A stretch of 64,000 nt of DNA from Myxococcota bacterium (GTDB lineage Bacteria; Myxococcota_A; Bradymonadia; UBA7976; UBA1532), in assembly GCA_036337435.1 (NCBI GenBank), contig JAYZEG010000058.1, forward strand, positions 32,001 to 96,000, given 5' to 3'. Below, in pieces: positions 9,720 through 19,857 of this stretch (its first letter is position 1; every line of letters begins with the position of its first letter). A program made the position numbers and the translations under genes. Below the pieces are notes generated by a model that had not been told where the DNA came from, did not search any database, and saw only the letters and a program-made list of their open reading frames with translations.

Positions 9720-10583
9720 TTAGGCACCCGTAGGTAGGCTGAACAAAACCGGCATTAAAATAATCGGCATCAATGCGAGCATAGACGTTGTGAGGGACAC
9801 GCGGTGGGCTGCCCGAATGCCTGTGAGCAGCATGAAGATCGTCATGAATCGGTAGACGCTCGTGCCGATGTGGGGAATCCACATCAATATGGCCATGGCC
9901 TCCGTATACGCAAAGACCCGAAACGTGGCGGCGAATGGTCTTGAATCGCCTCCAAGCAATCGAATCATGCTGTGCCCAATCCACGCCTTCACGAATAAAA
10001 ATGCACTGACGGCGATGGGAATGATAGGCAATAGCTGGAGTAAAAAGCCTTGAGGGTCAATATTTTGCGCCTGAGCTTGCCCTTGGGGAGTCGCCATCAT
10101 GGCTTGTCGCAGTAACTCAGGATCGGCGATTAACTGAGACCACATCGCGAGCTGCCCGAGACAACCTGCGATCAACGCGAAGATGAGGGGCGTTGCAATA
10201 TCTTTGCGCTCATAGTTGATGCCTTTTAAGTATCGATTCGGACTTCGTAAGCTGAAATAAACCGTCAGACCGAAACTCAAGAGCCCTTTGCGGATTCGCG
10301 TATCCTCCCATGGGATGAATGAACCTTCGCCGTCATCTTGCACCTGCGGCTTTTCATCTTTCGCCGCCTTAAATCCGGGCCGTTGCGTTGGCTGTTGGCC
10401 CCGAAAAGCCGCATCGGGCGTGGCCGGACGCTCTTGAGGGCACACAACACAGACCACAAGGCCTGCATCGTCTCTGCTCACACATTCGCCGCACAGAGGT
10501 GAACCACATCGAACGCAAACCGCCCGAGCACTGACTGAGTTGTGATTAATACACCCAATGAAGCTTGGGTTCTTATCATTCAT
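9720..10583 (-). CDS. B-box-type zinc finger plus Yip1-like membrane domain protein
   Basis: CINH..A.AVCVRCGSPLCGEC..CVVC; IPWED; about 5 TM segments with ATFRVFAY; 4-nt overlap with the ffh stop. Confidence 0.75.
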   Translation of the reverse strand: MNDKNPSFIGCINHNSVSARAVCVRCGSPLCGECVSRDDAGLVVCVVCPQERPATPDAAFRGQQPTQRPGFKAAKDEKPQVQDDGEGSFIPWEDTRIRKGLLSFGLTVYFSLRSPNRYLKGINYERKDIATPLIFALIAGCLGQLAMWSQLIADPELLRQAMMATPQGQAQAQNIDPQGFLLQLLPIIPIAVSAFLFVKAWIGHSMIRLLGGDSRPFAATFRVFAYTEAMAILMWIPHIGTSVYRFMTIFMLLTGIRAAHRVSLTTSMLALMPIILMPVLFSLPTGA

Positions 10584-12220
10584 TTCTTACGCGACTTCCT
10601 ACGGCTGGCTCGAGCAGCCTTATTTTTCTTTCGAGACGCCTTTTTTGCCTTCGACGCTCGTGCCGATGATTTTGGTCCGCCGCCGGGTGTTCCGGGCGGC
10701 ATGTAGCCTCGAGGCAGACCCGGCATGGGACCAGCCATTTGTGGTCCACCTAAGCCTGGCATACCACCCATTCCTGGCATCCCCATACCGCCCATGCCGC
10801 CGTCAACACCGAACTGGCCCATGACTTCATTCATGTCCATGCCCTTAAGCTTTTGCATTTGGGCAAATTGTTTGAAACCCGGCAATTTCATCAGCATGTT
10901 TCCACCGCCCGGAGACCCGATGGCCCCCATGACTTGGCGCATGCCTTTAAAGCGACCAATGAGCTCAATGACCTCTTGCGGCTTTCGACCCGAGCCATTG
11001 GCTATGCGCTCTGCGCGACGCGATTCGCTCTCTACCAATTCGGGGTCTTTGCGCTCACTTTTGGTCATCGACTGAATAATAGATTCAATTCGCACCAACG
11101 CAGATTCATCAATCTGCGCACCGTCGGGTAGTCCACCACCAAAAAAAGGCATTTTCTCAAAAATGTCGCCGAGAGAGCCCATTTGCTTAATGACACGAAT
11201 CTGCTCCAGAAAATCCCACATATCGAAGTTGCCCGAGAGCATCTTTTTGGCGTCTTCTTCTGCTTTCTCTTCGTCGACAACTTTTTCAAAGTCTTGCATC
11301 AAGCCCACAATGTCGCCAAATCCCATGATTCGACTTGCGAGCCCTTCCGGTCGGAACTCTTCGAGCGACTCTAGGTCTTCACCCATACCCAGGAACTTGA
11401 TCGGTTTGCCCGTGACAGCCTTAATGGACAGGGCTGCACCACCACGGGCATCGCCATCAAGCTTGGTCATGATAAAGCCATTAATGCCGATGGTTTTATC
11501 AAACTCACTGGCGGTGCGAACTGCGTCTTGACCGATCATCGCATCGACCACCAAAATGGTATTATCGGGCTTGGTGCGTGACTTTATATCACCCAGTTCA
11601 GCCATTAATGACTCATCGATAGCCAATCGACCGGCAGTATCAAAGATGACAACATCACAACCTTGCTTACGGGCCTGACCAACAGCGCGATCGCAAATCT
11701 CAGGGGGCTGGGAGCCCTCTTCGAAATAAACGGGGACGTCAAGTCGTTGGCCGAGAATTTTTAGCTGTTCAACAGCCGCCGGCCGATAAATATCAGCCGC
11801 GACCAACATCGGTTTTTTACCCTGCTCTAATAAACGCCGGGCCAGCTTACCGGTGGTCGTGGTTTTACCGGAACCCTGAAGACCGATCATCATGATCTTG
11901 GTCACGCCGGTAGAAAAAGTCAGGGACGTATCCACCGGACCCATGAGTGCTTCGAGCTCGTCCTGGCAAATTTTGATGAAGTAGTCACCGGCGGAAACGC
12001 TTTGTTTGCTCTTCTTGGCGACGACCTGGACAACTTGGCCTAGGGCTTTTGACTTCACTTCGCCGATGAACTGGCGAACGACTTTAAAGTCGACGTCAGC
12101 CTCGAGCAACGAGACTCGAATTTCTCTCAATGCCTCGTCAATATTTTCCTCGGTAATTTCACGCTTGCCCTGAAAGCGGTTTTTTACCGAACGGAATCCT
12201 TTGCTGATTGTCTCAAACAT
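10580..12220 (-). CDS. ffh: Signal recognition particle protein Ffh
   Basis: LLEADV, GLQGSGKTTT, DIYRPAA, DTAGR, TKLDGDARGGAALS, M-domain SMTKSER..RIANGSG. Start moved to ATG 12220 (MFETISKG). Confidence 0.97.
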   Translation of the reverse strand: MFETISKGFRSVKNRFQGKREITEENIDEALREIRVSLLEADVDFKVVRQFIGEVKSKALGQVVQVVAKKSKQSVSAGDYFIKICQDELEALMGPVDTSLTFSTGVTKIMMIGLQGSGKTTTTGKLARRLLEQGKKPMLVAADIYRPAAVEQLKILGQRLDVPVYFEEGSQPPEICDRAVGQARKQGCDVVIFDTAGRLAIDESLMAELGDIKSRTKPDNTILVVDAMIGQDAVRTASEFDKTIGINGFIMTKLDGDARGGAALSIKAVTGKPIKFLGMGEDLESLEEFRPEGLASRIMGFGDIVGLMQDFEKVVDEEKAEEDAKKMLSGNFDMWDFLEQIRVIKQMGSLGDIFEKMPFFGGGLPDGAQIDESALVRIESIIQSMTKSERKDPELVESESRRAERIANGSGRKPQEVIELIGRFKGMRQVMGAIGSPGGGNMLMKLPGFKQFAQMQKLKGMDMNEVMGQFGVDGGMGGMGMPGMGGMPGLGGPQMAGPMPGLPRGYMPPGTPGGGPKSSARASKAKKASRKKNKAARASRRKSRKK

Positions 12221-12276
12221 TCGCTCTCTCTTCTCATGCCATGCTGAATCGGCGAGCCTGCTCGCTTGAAGGCGCG

Positions 12277-12305
12277 ATTCTATGGGGGGATGCAAAGCGC
12301 GTCAA
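12277..12305 (-). promoter_or_regulatory. Sigma70-type promoter of ffh
   Basis: Minus strand TTGACG-17 nt-TAGAAT, about 57 nt upstream of ATG 12220; hairpin GCGAG-N4-CTCGC (12252-12265) in the leader. Confidence 0.7.
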
Positions 12306-12488
12306 CCACACTTTGCTGATTCCTAGGATCGGCACCTCCTAAGTTATAGCGGAATGAAATACATTTTCCATACCCGACCCAGTCGGCCCATAAGACCGTC
12401 GGTTTTTGGTCGGGTTTGTTTGGATTTGGCAGATTGGGCAGAAATGTGAGACACAAACAAGAGCAGGCGAGATGAACTTGGAGTCAGT

Positions 12489-14072
12489 GTGAGCGCAAAC
12501 GAACTCATCGTGGGGATTGATCTAGGTACAACAAATTCGTGTATTGCATGCGTTCTAGATGGCGATGTTCATGTCATCCCCGATGAATCAAATTCGACGC
12601 TTCAAGCCTCCGTCGTTGCATTCCTCGAAGATGGATCAGTCATCGTAGGCAATGAGGCTCAAAATGAAGTCGTCGTCGATCCCGTCAATACAGTCATGTC
12701 CGCAAAACGTCTCATTGGCCGTTCCTTCACAAGTGCAGCAGTTCAACGTGCAATTCAAGATCTGCCCTATCGAGTTATAAAAGGTGACGCTCTTCAACCG
12801 TTCATTGGAATTCGTGGGCAGCGATACGCTTTGCCGGAGATCAGTGGAATGGTTTTGCGACGTATGAAGGACATCGGCAACCGATATGTCGGCAGAGATA
12901 TAACGAGTGCCGTCGTCACTGTGCCTGCCAATTTCAACGATACGCAGCGACAAATGACCAAACTTGCTGGAGAATTGGCTGGCTTGAATGTGGTTCGAGT
13001 AATCAACGAACCAACCGCTGCTGCATTGGCGTACGGCTATGGACACAATGTCAATGCACGCGTCGCTATTTATGATTTTGGGGGGGGTACATTCGACCTG
13101 ACTATCTTGGATATCAGGGGCAACATCTTTGAAGTGTTGGCCACTGCTGGAGACGGACATTTGGGTGGAGATGATTTCGATACCCGACTTGTCAAAAGCT
13201 TAGCCCACGCATTCGAAGAGCAACATGGTGTGTCGCTCGAAGGAAACAAAATCGCCTACGCTCGGCTAAACCACGTCGCTGAAAAAACAAAATTCGAGCT
13301 GACTGAAACAGACCAGGCTGTCGTCAACGTAAAAGCACTTTCAAATTCTCCTTCTGGCGAGCCGCTCGACCTCAAGTTCCGACTTGATAGAGCTGGTTTT
13401 ACAACCCATTGCCAGGACATCGCCCAACGTACTTTCCTTGTCTGTGATGAAGCCTTGAGAGCAGCCGGCCTCAAAGCTGCCGACTTAGACCAAATCATCT
13501 TGGTCGGCGGAAGCACTCGAGTCCCGATGGTGCGCGACATGGTATCCAAATACTTCGGCAAAACACCGCTCACAGATATAAATCCAGATGAGGTGGTTGC
13601 TGTGGGTGCTGCTATTCAGGGTGCCGCTCTAGCCGAGGACCATTTTACAAGTTCTCCGGACCAACCTCAGCCGCTGCTGCTGGACGTCGCACCGCAATCC
13701 TTGGGCTTGGCGAGTGTCGATGATTACTACGAGGTTCTCATTGAGAAGAATGCACAAATCCCTTGTGAACGGACCCAAGTTTTCACAACCAGTAAAGATG
13801 GACAAACGTCGGTAAAAATAAGGATTTTTCAAGGCGAACAAGACACGGTTTCACTGAATACTGCGCTGGGTGAAATCGAGCTCTACGGACTTAAAGCGGC
13901 CCCAAGGGGTGAGGTTCAAATTGAGGTCGCTTTTGAAATTGATGCCAATGGCATCGTCGTCGTGAAAGCCAGAGATCTCGAAACAGGTCTTGAACAGGCG
14001 ACGCGGCTCAGGGTATCGGCCGGATACGACGATGATGAACTCACAGCGATGAAGGCGCGATATCACGGATGA
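12489..14072 (+). CDS. Hsp70/DnaK-family paralogue lacking most of the C-terminal helical lid
   Basis: GIDLGTTNS, TVPANFND, INEPTAAALAYG, DFGGGTFD, LVGGSTRVP, linker LLLDVAPQSLG, beta-sandwich FQGE..FEIDANGI; ends at 527 aa. Confidence 0.93.
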   Translation: MSANELIVGIDLGTTNSCIACVLDGDVHVIPDESNSTLQASVVAFLEDGSVIVGNEAQNEVVVDPVNTVMSAKRLIGRSFTSAAVQRAIQDLPYRVIKGDALQPFIGIRGQRYALPEISGMVLRRMKDIGNRYVGRDITSAVVTVPANFNDTQRQMTKLAGELAGLNVVRVINEPTAAALAYGYGHNVNARVAIYDFGGGTFDLTILDIRGNIFEVLATAGDGHLGGDDFDTRLVKSLAHAFEEQHGVSLEGNKIAYARLNHVAEKTKFELTETDQAVVNVKALSNSPSGEPLDLKFRLDRAGFTTHCQDIAQRTFLVCDEALRAAGLKAADLDQIILVGGSTRVPMVRDMVSKYFGKTPLTDINPDEVVAVGAAIQGAALAEDHFTSSPDQPQPLLLDVAPQSLGLASVDDYYEVLIEKNAQIPCERTQVFTTSKDGQTSVKIRIFQGEQDTVSLNTALGEIELYGLKAAPRGEVQIEVAFEIDANGIVVVKARDLETGLEQATRLRVSAGYDDDELTAMKARYHG

Positions 14073-15067
14073 TAGACTCCAGCCAAAAGTTAGCGCAACT
14101 TGCTCTGGGAAAATCGAGAGCCCAATCTTATGGATTGGTGTGTGCTGGGTCAGATGTCGGTGCCCAATTTTATTCCGTGTTGGCGGCCTGTAATCTTGTC
14201 GTCGAGACGCTAGATGACATGTCCAAGTTGGTTCAGTCCGTGACTCTCAAAACGCGATTGGTTGTTCTGGGAGATCAGAACGGCCAGGGACGAATCGGCG
14301 ATATTTGTAAACGCCTTAAACGTCTAGAATACAGCCATCAGCTTGCAATCCTCGTGTTATCGAATGCCTTTTCCGACCGAGAATTCGCCATTCGCCAACA
14401 ACAGATTTGGGGTGTCGATCTCTGCTTACCGAAAACAACACCGAAAGACGTTCTCATCGAGAAGGTATCCAGCGCACTCATCGACCACCGCCCCATCTCT
14501 GAATTCGGCTGTCTGCCCATTGCAATCGCAAATGAAATCGACAGCGTCCTGGCGAGAATTCATACGGGCAACTATTATACGATTCTAGGAGTGGTCCCAA
14601 AGGCCGATGAAGCACAAATCCGGTCGGCGTTTCATCAACTCGCTCAAGTCTTGCATCCAGACCGCCATCGAGCACGCGCAGCGCAATATGGTCGTACACT
14701 TCGAAGAATCGCCGATGCCTACAAACGGGTGAGCGAAATCCACAGTGTGCTCACGTCGACAACGAAAAGGCGGGAATACGACCTCTGTTTGCTCAGTGCC
14801 ACGTCACTGCGACATGAGCCTGAAAAGCTGCCCCAACCCTTGAGGTCCGAACTGGAATTATGCAAAACGAGACGCGCTCGAGTCGCCGTTGTAGAAAGCT
14901 TGATCGCTCGACTGACTGGACATTGGAAATCCGCCTACAAATCGATGCACACCGCAGTGTCCGCCGAGCCAGATAATTTCCCGCTCCGGGACAAGGCCGA
15001 ATCAGTAAAGAAGGTCTATATGTTATGTGCTGCGTCTCACAGCGTATCAAACGGAAATTGGAGCTAG
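14069..15067 (+). CDS. J-domain co-chaperone with N-terminal receiver-like domain
   Basis: NYYTILGV...IRSAFHQLAQVLHPDRH...RREYD J-domain with HPD; ATGA overlap with the Hsp70 stop. Confidence 0.85.
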   Translation: MIDSSQKLAQLALGKSRAQSYGLVCAGSDVGAQFYSVLAACNLVVETLDDMSKLVQSVTLKTRLVVLGDQNGQGRIGDICKRLKRLEYSHQLAILVLSNAFSDREFAIRQQQIWGVDLCLPKTTPKDVLIEKVSSALIDHRPISEFGCLPIAIANEIDSVLARIHTGNYYTILGVVPKADEAQIRSAFHQLAQVLHPDRHRARAAQYGRTLRRIADAYKRVSEIHSVLTSTTKRREYDLCLLSATSLRHEPEKLPQPLRSELELCKTRRARVAVVESLIARLTGHWKSAYKSMHTAVSAEPDNFPLRDKAESVKKVYMLCAASHSVSNGNWS

Positions 15068-15077
15068 GTCACAAGTC

Positions 15078-15890
15078 ATGCTGAGTCGAATCATTTCAGG
15101 TGTTGTACTGGCAGTCGGCATCGTCCTTGTGCTGCTTAAATCCCCGTGGTGGGGCTTCGGGATTGTGATCGGCGTGGCTGCCGCCCTGGGGTCTAACGAA
15201 TATATCAGAATGGCCCGTCCGATGAGTGGTGCTGGTGAACGAGGCATATTCATCATCATCTCAACGCTGGTCGCGTGCGCCCCGATGATCACCCGGTTTG
15301 TCCCAACGCTAGACCACACAACACTGTTAACCATTGGATTCGTCGTCTTGATGACCGTTCGACTGGCCAATCCAAAGCCCATTGAAGACGCACTAAATCG
15401 AGCAGCCCTAGACGTATGTGGATTGATGTATCTCGGTGTTACATTTCCACTCATCTTCGATCTTCGGGCCCAGACAAATGATGGATGGCTTGTCTTGCTG
15501 GCTATGGTCATTACCTTTGCGTCCGACACCGGCGGCTATTTTGCCGGTCGATTTTTGGGAAAAAATAAGCTCTATCCAACCGTATCACCCAAGAAAACCA
15601 TCGAAGGTGCAATCGGCGGAATAATTGCCGCCGTTGGCGGAACCTATCTGCTTTCGACAAACATCGACAGTCTAGCTATCCTAACGCCCATGCACTGCGT
15701 TGCGATCGGTGGATTGGGCGCATGTATGGCCATAATCGGTGACTTGGTTGAATCACTTATGAAACGTGCTTTTGGCGTAAAGGACTCCGGAGCTTTGATT
15801 CCGGGTCATGGTGGAATTCTAGACCGAATAGACGGCTTGCTGTTCTGTGGCCCTTTTGTTTGGATTTATTTGCGGATTTGCTTTCAGTGA
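15078..15890 (+). CDS. cdsA: Phosphatidate cytidylyltransferase
   Basis: SDTGGYFAGR, SPKKTIEG, GDLVESLMKRAFGVKDSG..IPGHGGILDRID. Start ATG 15078. Confidence 0.96.
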   Translation: MLSRIISGVVLAVGIVLVLLKSPWWGFGIVIGVAAALGSNEYIRMARPMSGAGERGIFIIISTLVACAPMITRFVPTLDHTTLLTIGFVVLMTVRLANPKPIEDALNRAALDVCGLMYLGVTFPLIFDLRAQTNDGWLVLLAMVITFASDTGGYFAGRFLGKNKLYPTVSPKKTIEGAIGGIIAAVGGTYLLSTNIDSLAILTPMHCVAIGGLGACMAIIGDLVESLMKRAFGVKDSGALIPGHGGILDRIDGLLFCGPFVWIYLRICFQ

Positions 15891-17539
15891 CGTCGATACT
15901 TGCTTTCTTTATTCTAATCGGAGTTCTCATCACCGTACACGAGTTCGGCCACTTTGCTGTGGCTAAGATGTGCGGGGTCAAATGTGAGGTTTTCTCCATC
16001 GGCTTTGGACGGCCGATATTTAAAGTTCAGCGTGGCGAAACAGAATACCGCTTGGCCTGGATTCCCTTGGGCGGATATGTCCGAATGCTGGGTCAAGAGC
16101 CCGAAGAAAACCGAGACCAATCAGATATCGGCCGAAGCTTGATGGACAAATCTCCGCTGATCCGTATTTTGATCTATGCAGCGGGCCCGGGAATGAACCT
16201 GCTTCTGCCGTTTGTGCTTATCGTGCCCTTCATCGCCCTGAGTGAGCAAACAGCTCGAGTGCCAAGCAGCGATGTCGGTGCAGTAGATTCATCAATGCCA
16301 GCTTATCAAGCGGGTTTAAGGGGCGGCGATAAAATCACGCTGATAGACGGCCAACCCGTCCATGCATTTTGGCAAATTAAGGAGCGACTGTCGGCGTATA
16401 AACCGGAACAAGGTGCTGTCAAACTCGGGGTTGAAAGAGCGGGTCAGGGTCCGATCAATCTTGAGATTCAGCCCAGAGCAATTCAGCGTAAACATGAGCT
16501 GCTCGGTTTCGAACAAACTGATTATCTGATCGGATACCAAGTAGACGCACTCGATGCCAACATTGCCGTAACGTCCCAGCAAAGTGCAGCCTATCGCGCC
16601 GGCTTAAGGACGTTCGATCGAATCCTGTCGGTCGATGGCCAAGAAACACGCAGATATACTGATGTCATCCGCGCTTTGTCAGCATTGGAATCAGGTCAAC
16701 GTGTCCAGGTGCACTATGAACGATTGACAACCCCGCTTATTGAGGGTCTTTCCATCTTGAAGCGAAAGGTCCGGGGGACGATTGACTATGTTGCTGACAC
16801 TGGTCCTCTCAACCTGTTTCACGCCAGTTTGTGCGTCAGCAGTGTGGATCCGGCCGGTCCGGCCCGATTTCTGCAGCCAGGAGATTGCCTGCTCTCTGTT
16901 GATGGCCAATCCTACAGTCTGGGAACGTTTCTGCGCTCCAAATTAAACGATGACCCAGCGCGCTCAAAAAACATAACTTGGTTACGAAATGGCGTTCAAA
17001 TGGAGAATCGAATCCAATTTAAGAGGGAGATTCAGCAGCATCCTCTCGCAGGAGACGTCCCCATCTGGATTCAGGGATTTACGCTCGCACGGCAAACCAT
17101 GGTCCCTGCGAAGCTCACAGAGAGTCAGGACCGCTGGTCGCACGGGTGGTTTCGGGCAAAAACCGATGTTCCAAGGGAAATAGAAGTCACGGCAAGAAGC
17201 ATCAGCGGGATGTTCACGGGTCAGGTGAGTCCCACCCAGTTAGGCGGGCCGCTAACAATTTTTCACCTTGCCGGTAGTGCTGCAGAGGCTGGCTTCGACA
17301 GATTTCTCAGACTGATGGTGCTGCTCAGCCTAAGTATAGGTCTATTTAATCTCCTGCCTGTTCCAGCCCTCGATGGCGGACAGATTCTCATTGCCTCGAT
17401 AGAAATGGTCACCAGAAAGCCATTGCCTGAAAAAGCACACATGATTCTTCATCAAATCGGTGTGTTTTTAATTTTAGCACTCATTATCTTTGCACTCAGC
17501 AACGATGCGATACGCACGTGGCGTCTGAGCAATTCATAG
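15860..17539 (+). CDS. rseP: RIP metalloprotease RseP (site-2 protease) with PDZ domains
   Basis: HEFGH, FSIGFG, IPLGGYVRM, AGPGMN, PDZ repeats, NLLPVPALDGG. Confidence 0.95.
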   Translation: MDLFADLLSVTSILAFFILIGVLITVHEFGHFAVAKMCGVKCEVFSIGFGRPIFKVQRGETEYRLAWIPLGGYVRMLGQEPEENRDQSDIGRSLMDKSPLIRILIYAAGPGMNLLLPFVLIVPFIALSEQTARVPSSDVGAVDSSMPAYQAGLRGGDKITLIDGQPVHAFWQIKERLSAYKPEQGAVKLGVERAGQGPINLEIQPRAIQRKHELLGFEQTDYLIGYQVDALDANIAVTSQQSAAYRAGLRTFDRILSVDGQETRRYTDVIRALSALESGQRVQVHYERLTTPLIEGLSILKRKVRGTIDYVADTGPLNLFHASLCVSSVDPAGPARFLQPGDCLLSVDGQSYSLGTFLRSKLNDDPARSKNITWLRNGVQMENRIQFKREIQQHPLAGDVPIWIQGFTLARQTMVPAKLTESQDRWSHGWFRAKTDVPREIEVTARSISGMFTGQVSPTQLGGPLTIFHLAGSAAEAGFDRFLRLMVLLSLSIGLFNLLPVPALDGGQILIASIEMVTRKPLPEKAHMILHQIGVFLILALIIFALSNDAIRTWRLSNS

Positions 17540-17549
17540 GGAGTGGATC

Positions 17550-18266
17550 ATGCTCATACTCTGCATTGATACAGCGACCTCCACCGAGTCCATTGCACTC
17601 GTTCGTATTCATGACGGGCAAAAGTCAAATGGCGGGTTCTCTATCACCACACTTGTGGAGAAAAGCTCGGAACGCGGTGGGATTCATGGTCCGTACTTGC
17701 TCGACGACATTCATCTCATACTGGATGAGTCAGACCTGACGCTCGCCGAGCTCGATGGCTATTGCGTCGGCCTAGGACCGGGTAGTTTCACAGGCTTGAG
17801 AATTAGTTTAGCGACTCTAAAGGGGCTTTCACTCGCCACCGATAAACCCTTGTATGGTGTGCGGACGACCCAAGCATTGTGCCGAGGAGTTGGGGGTGAC
17901 GCTGCCGTCGCTGTAATCGATGCCAGACGTGGTGAAATCTACATTGAAGGAGGCTCTTTGACTGAGCCTATCTGCTGTCACCCATCAAAAATTTGGTCGT
18001 TTCTCGATCCATCCTTTCCATGGCGATTGGTTGGCGATGGTGCCCTGAAATATCGGGATGAACTGACCGAGAATACCAATGCAACGGTGGTCGAAGGCGC
18101 AGACTTGCATGCGCCCCGGGCAGCCCTCCTCGCGCCATATATCAGACCGAACGAGGTGCCCAAGCTGTCTGTGCTCGAGCCGATTTATGTCCGGAAGTCA
18201 GACGCAGAAATTAACTACCCAGACGGATTTCCCGACGCGGTCAATAGAGTGCCCAGGTCGCATTGA
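17550..18266 (+). CDS. tsaB: tRNA threonylcarbamoyladenosine biosynthesis protein TsaB
   Basis: LCIDTAT, GPGSFTGLRI, IDARRGEIY, EPIYVR. Confidence 0.95.
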   Translation: MLILCIDTATSTESIALVRIHDGQKSNGGFSITTLVEKSSERGGIHGPYLLDDIHLILDESDLTLAELDGYCVGLGPGSFTGLRISLATLKGLSLATDKPLYGVRTTQALCRGVGGDAAVAVIDARRGEIYIEGGSLTEPICCHPSKIWSFLDPSFPWRLVGDGALKYRDELTENTNATVVEGADLHAPRAALLAPYIRPNEVPKLSVLEPIYVRKSDAEINYPDGFPDAVNRVPRSH

Positions 18267-18799
18267 TGAAGGCTGGCAAACTCGTTCTGCCCGCCAAGGC
18301 ACCAAGGACATACGGCATACGCGATGCCTACCGTGGACGAGTTTGGCGAACGCCTATTTCAGTCATCACCCGCGAGTTTTTCTTTTGGGGTTTGGGTTTG
18401 GGCCTCGTTGGTTTGGCTGTAGGCAACCGGTTTGTGACCGCTGTTGGACTGGGCTCGGCACTGACATTGGGTATCTGCAGTGTCCTCGCAAGCATCGCTT
18501 GCAATCGAGCCCGTGTTGAGATCATACGACATGGGTTGGGTGTTAAAGCGACACTGGGAAAAAGTCGCCGTATCCCATTGTTTCATGAACTGGTTCGTGG
18601 ACCGAGGGAGAGTACTTATCGTTTGACGTATTCCTATCTCACTCAGCACGGAGAGGCAGTCAACGGTTCCATTTGGATTTGCGGTTGTGCTCGTAAGTAT
18701 CTGTCAGAGGGAGATGTCGAACTCGCTGCATATGATGCTGACAAACCGACCAAGAGTGTTCTCCTCCGAATTGCAGTGATGGTCGCACCCCATGCATAG
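18263..18799 (+). CDS. Hypothetical membrane protein (two TM plus beta domain; DUF3592-like)
   Basis: Two TM helices followed by YRLTYSY..G and YDADKP.KS; overlaps the tsaB stop. Confidence 0.65.
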   Translation: MMKAGKLVLPAKAPRTYGIRDAYRGRVWRTPISVITREFFFWGLGLGLVGLAVGNRFVTAVGLGSALTLGICSVLASIACNRARVEIIRHGLGVKATLGKSRRIPLFHELVRGPRESTYRLTYSYLTQHGEAVNGSIWICGCARKYLSEGDVELAAYDADKPTKSVLLRIAVMVAPHA

Positions 18800-18858
18800 G
18801 GCGACGACTTGTGAACGAACTGTGTTATGTATGGCGGGCAGCTGAGGAGCGATTGAGC

Positions 18859-19857
18859 ATGAAAACAACGGTGGTCGGCGGTGGCAGTTGGGGTACAGCA
18901 CTTGCGACGGTGTTGGCAAAGAAGGGGCCTGTCCATCTATGGGCGAGATCCAAAGAGATCGTTGACGGAATCAATCAGACTCATCACAACCCAGTTTATC
19001 AAGCTGACATCGAGCTGCCCAAAAACATACAGGCGACCACTAATTTAGCCGAGTCAGTGTCAAATTCTGAGCTTGTTTGCATCGTCGTGCCAAGCCATGC
19101 CATGCGGGAAGTCTTGGCAAACATGTCTCCTCATTTGCCCTGTTCAATACCCATCGTGAGCGCATCGAAAGGCATCGAAAACGAAACCTTGATGACCATG
19201 GACGACGTGCTTAAGGCATGCCTGCCTGCTGAGCGCCATATCGATTTAGCCTATATATCCGGCCCGAGTTTTGCCCGCGAAACACTTCTCGAAATACCGA
19301 CAGCTGTGACAATTGCTGCGAGAGATAGCGACCGATGTAAACTCGTTCAAACTGTTTTTAGCACACCCTATTTCAGGACGTATGCGACGGATGATGTCGT
19401 TGGAGTTGAGTTGGGTGGGGCGTTGAAAAACGTCATCGCTATCGCATCGGGCATCGTATACGGAATGGGGCTAGGACATAATACTCGAGCTGCTCTTCTC
19501 ACACGTGGATTAGCAGAGATAACCCGCCTAGCTGTTCACATGGGAGCAAACCCATTGACCCTGTCCGGCTTGGCAGGAATGGGTGATCTTGTCCTCACGT
19601 GTACCGGAGATTTGTCCCGCAATCGAACGGTGGGCGTAAAATTAGGACGGGGGCAAAGTCTGGCCGATATTCTGGCTGAAATGAAACAAATTGCTGAGGG
19701 CGTTCGTACAACGAAGAGTGCGTATGACCTAGGCTTGCGTGAAAATATTGAGATGCCGATTACAACGGAGGTTTTTCGAATTCTCTATGAAGACAAACCA
19801 GCCCGAACTGCACTCATGGAGCTCATGGGCCGACAACTCAAACGCGAGCGCTCATGA
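18859..19857 (+). CDS. gpsA: NAD(P)H-dependent glycerol-3-phosphate dehydrogenase
   Basis: GGGSWGTALA, SKGIE, SGPSFA, LGGALKNVIAIA, GDLVLTC..SRNR. Start ATG 18859 after GAGGAG. Confidence 0.97.
   Translation: MKTTVVGGGSWGTALATVLAKKGPVHLWARSKEIVDGINQTHHNPVYQADIELPKNIQATTNLAESVSNSELVCIVVPSHAMREVLANMSPHLPCSIPIVSASKGIENETLMTMDDVLKACLPAERHIDLAYISGPSFARETLLEIPTAVTIAARDSDRCKLVQTVFSTPYFRTYATDDVVGVELGGALKNVIAIASGIVYGMGLGHNTRAALLTRGLAEITRLAVHMGANPLTLSGLAGMGDLVLTCTGDLSRNRTVGVKLGRGQSLADILAEMKQIAEGVRTTKSAYDLGLRENIEMPITTEVFRILYEDKPARTALMELMGRQLKRERS

Noticed and set aside
12221..12295. N-terminal extensions given by the ORF track (ffh; likewise cdsA, gpsA, GT2, RdgC-N, manC, panB)
   Set aside because: Downstream starts match family N-termini and most have better RBS; the ffh extension overlaps its own promoter.
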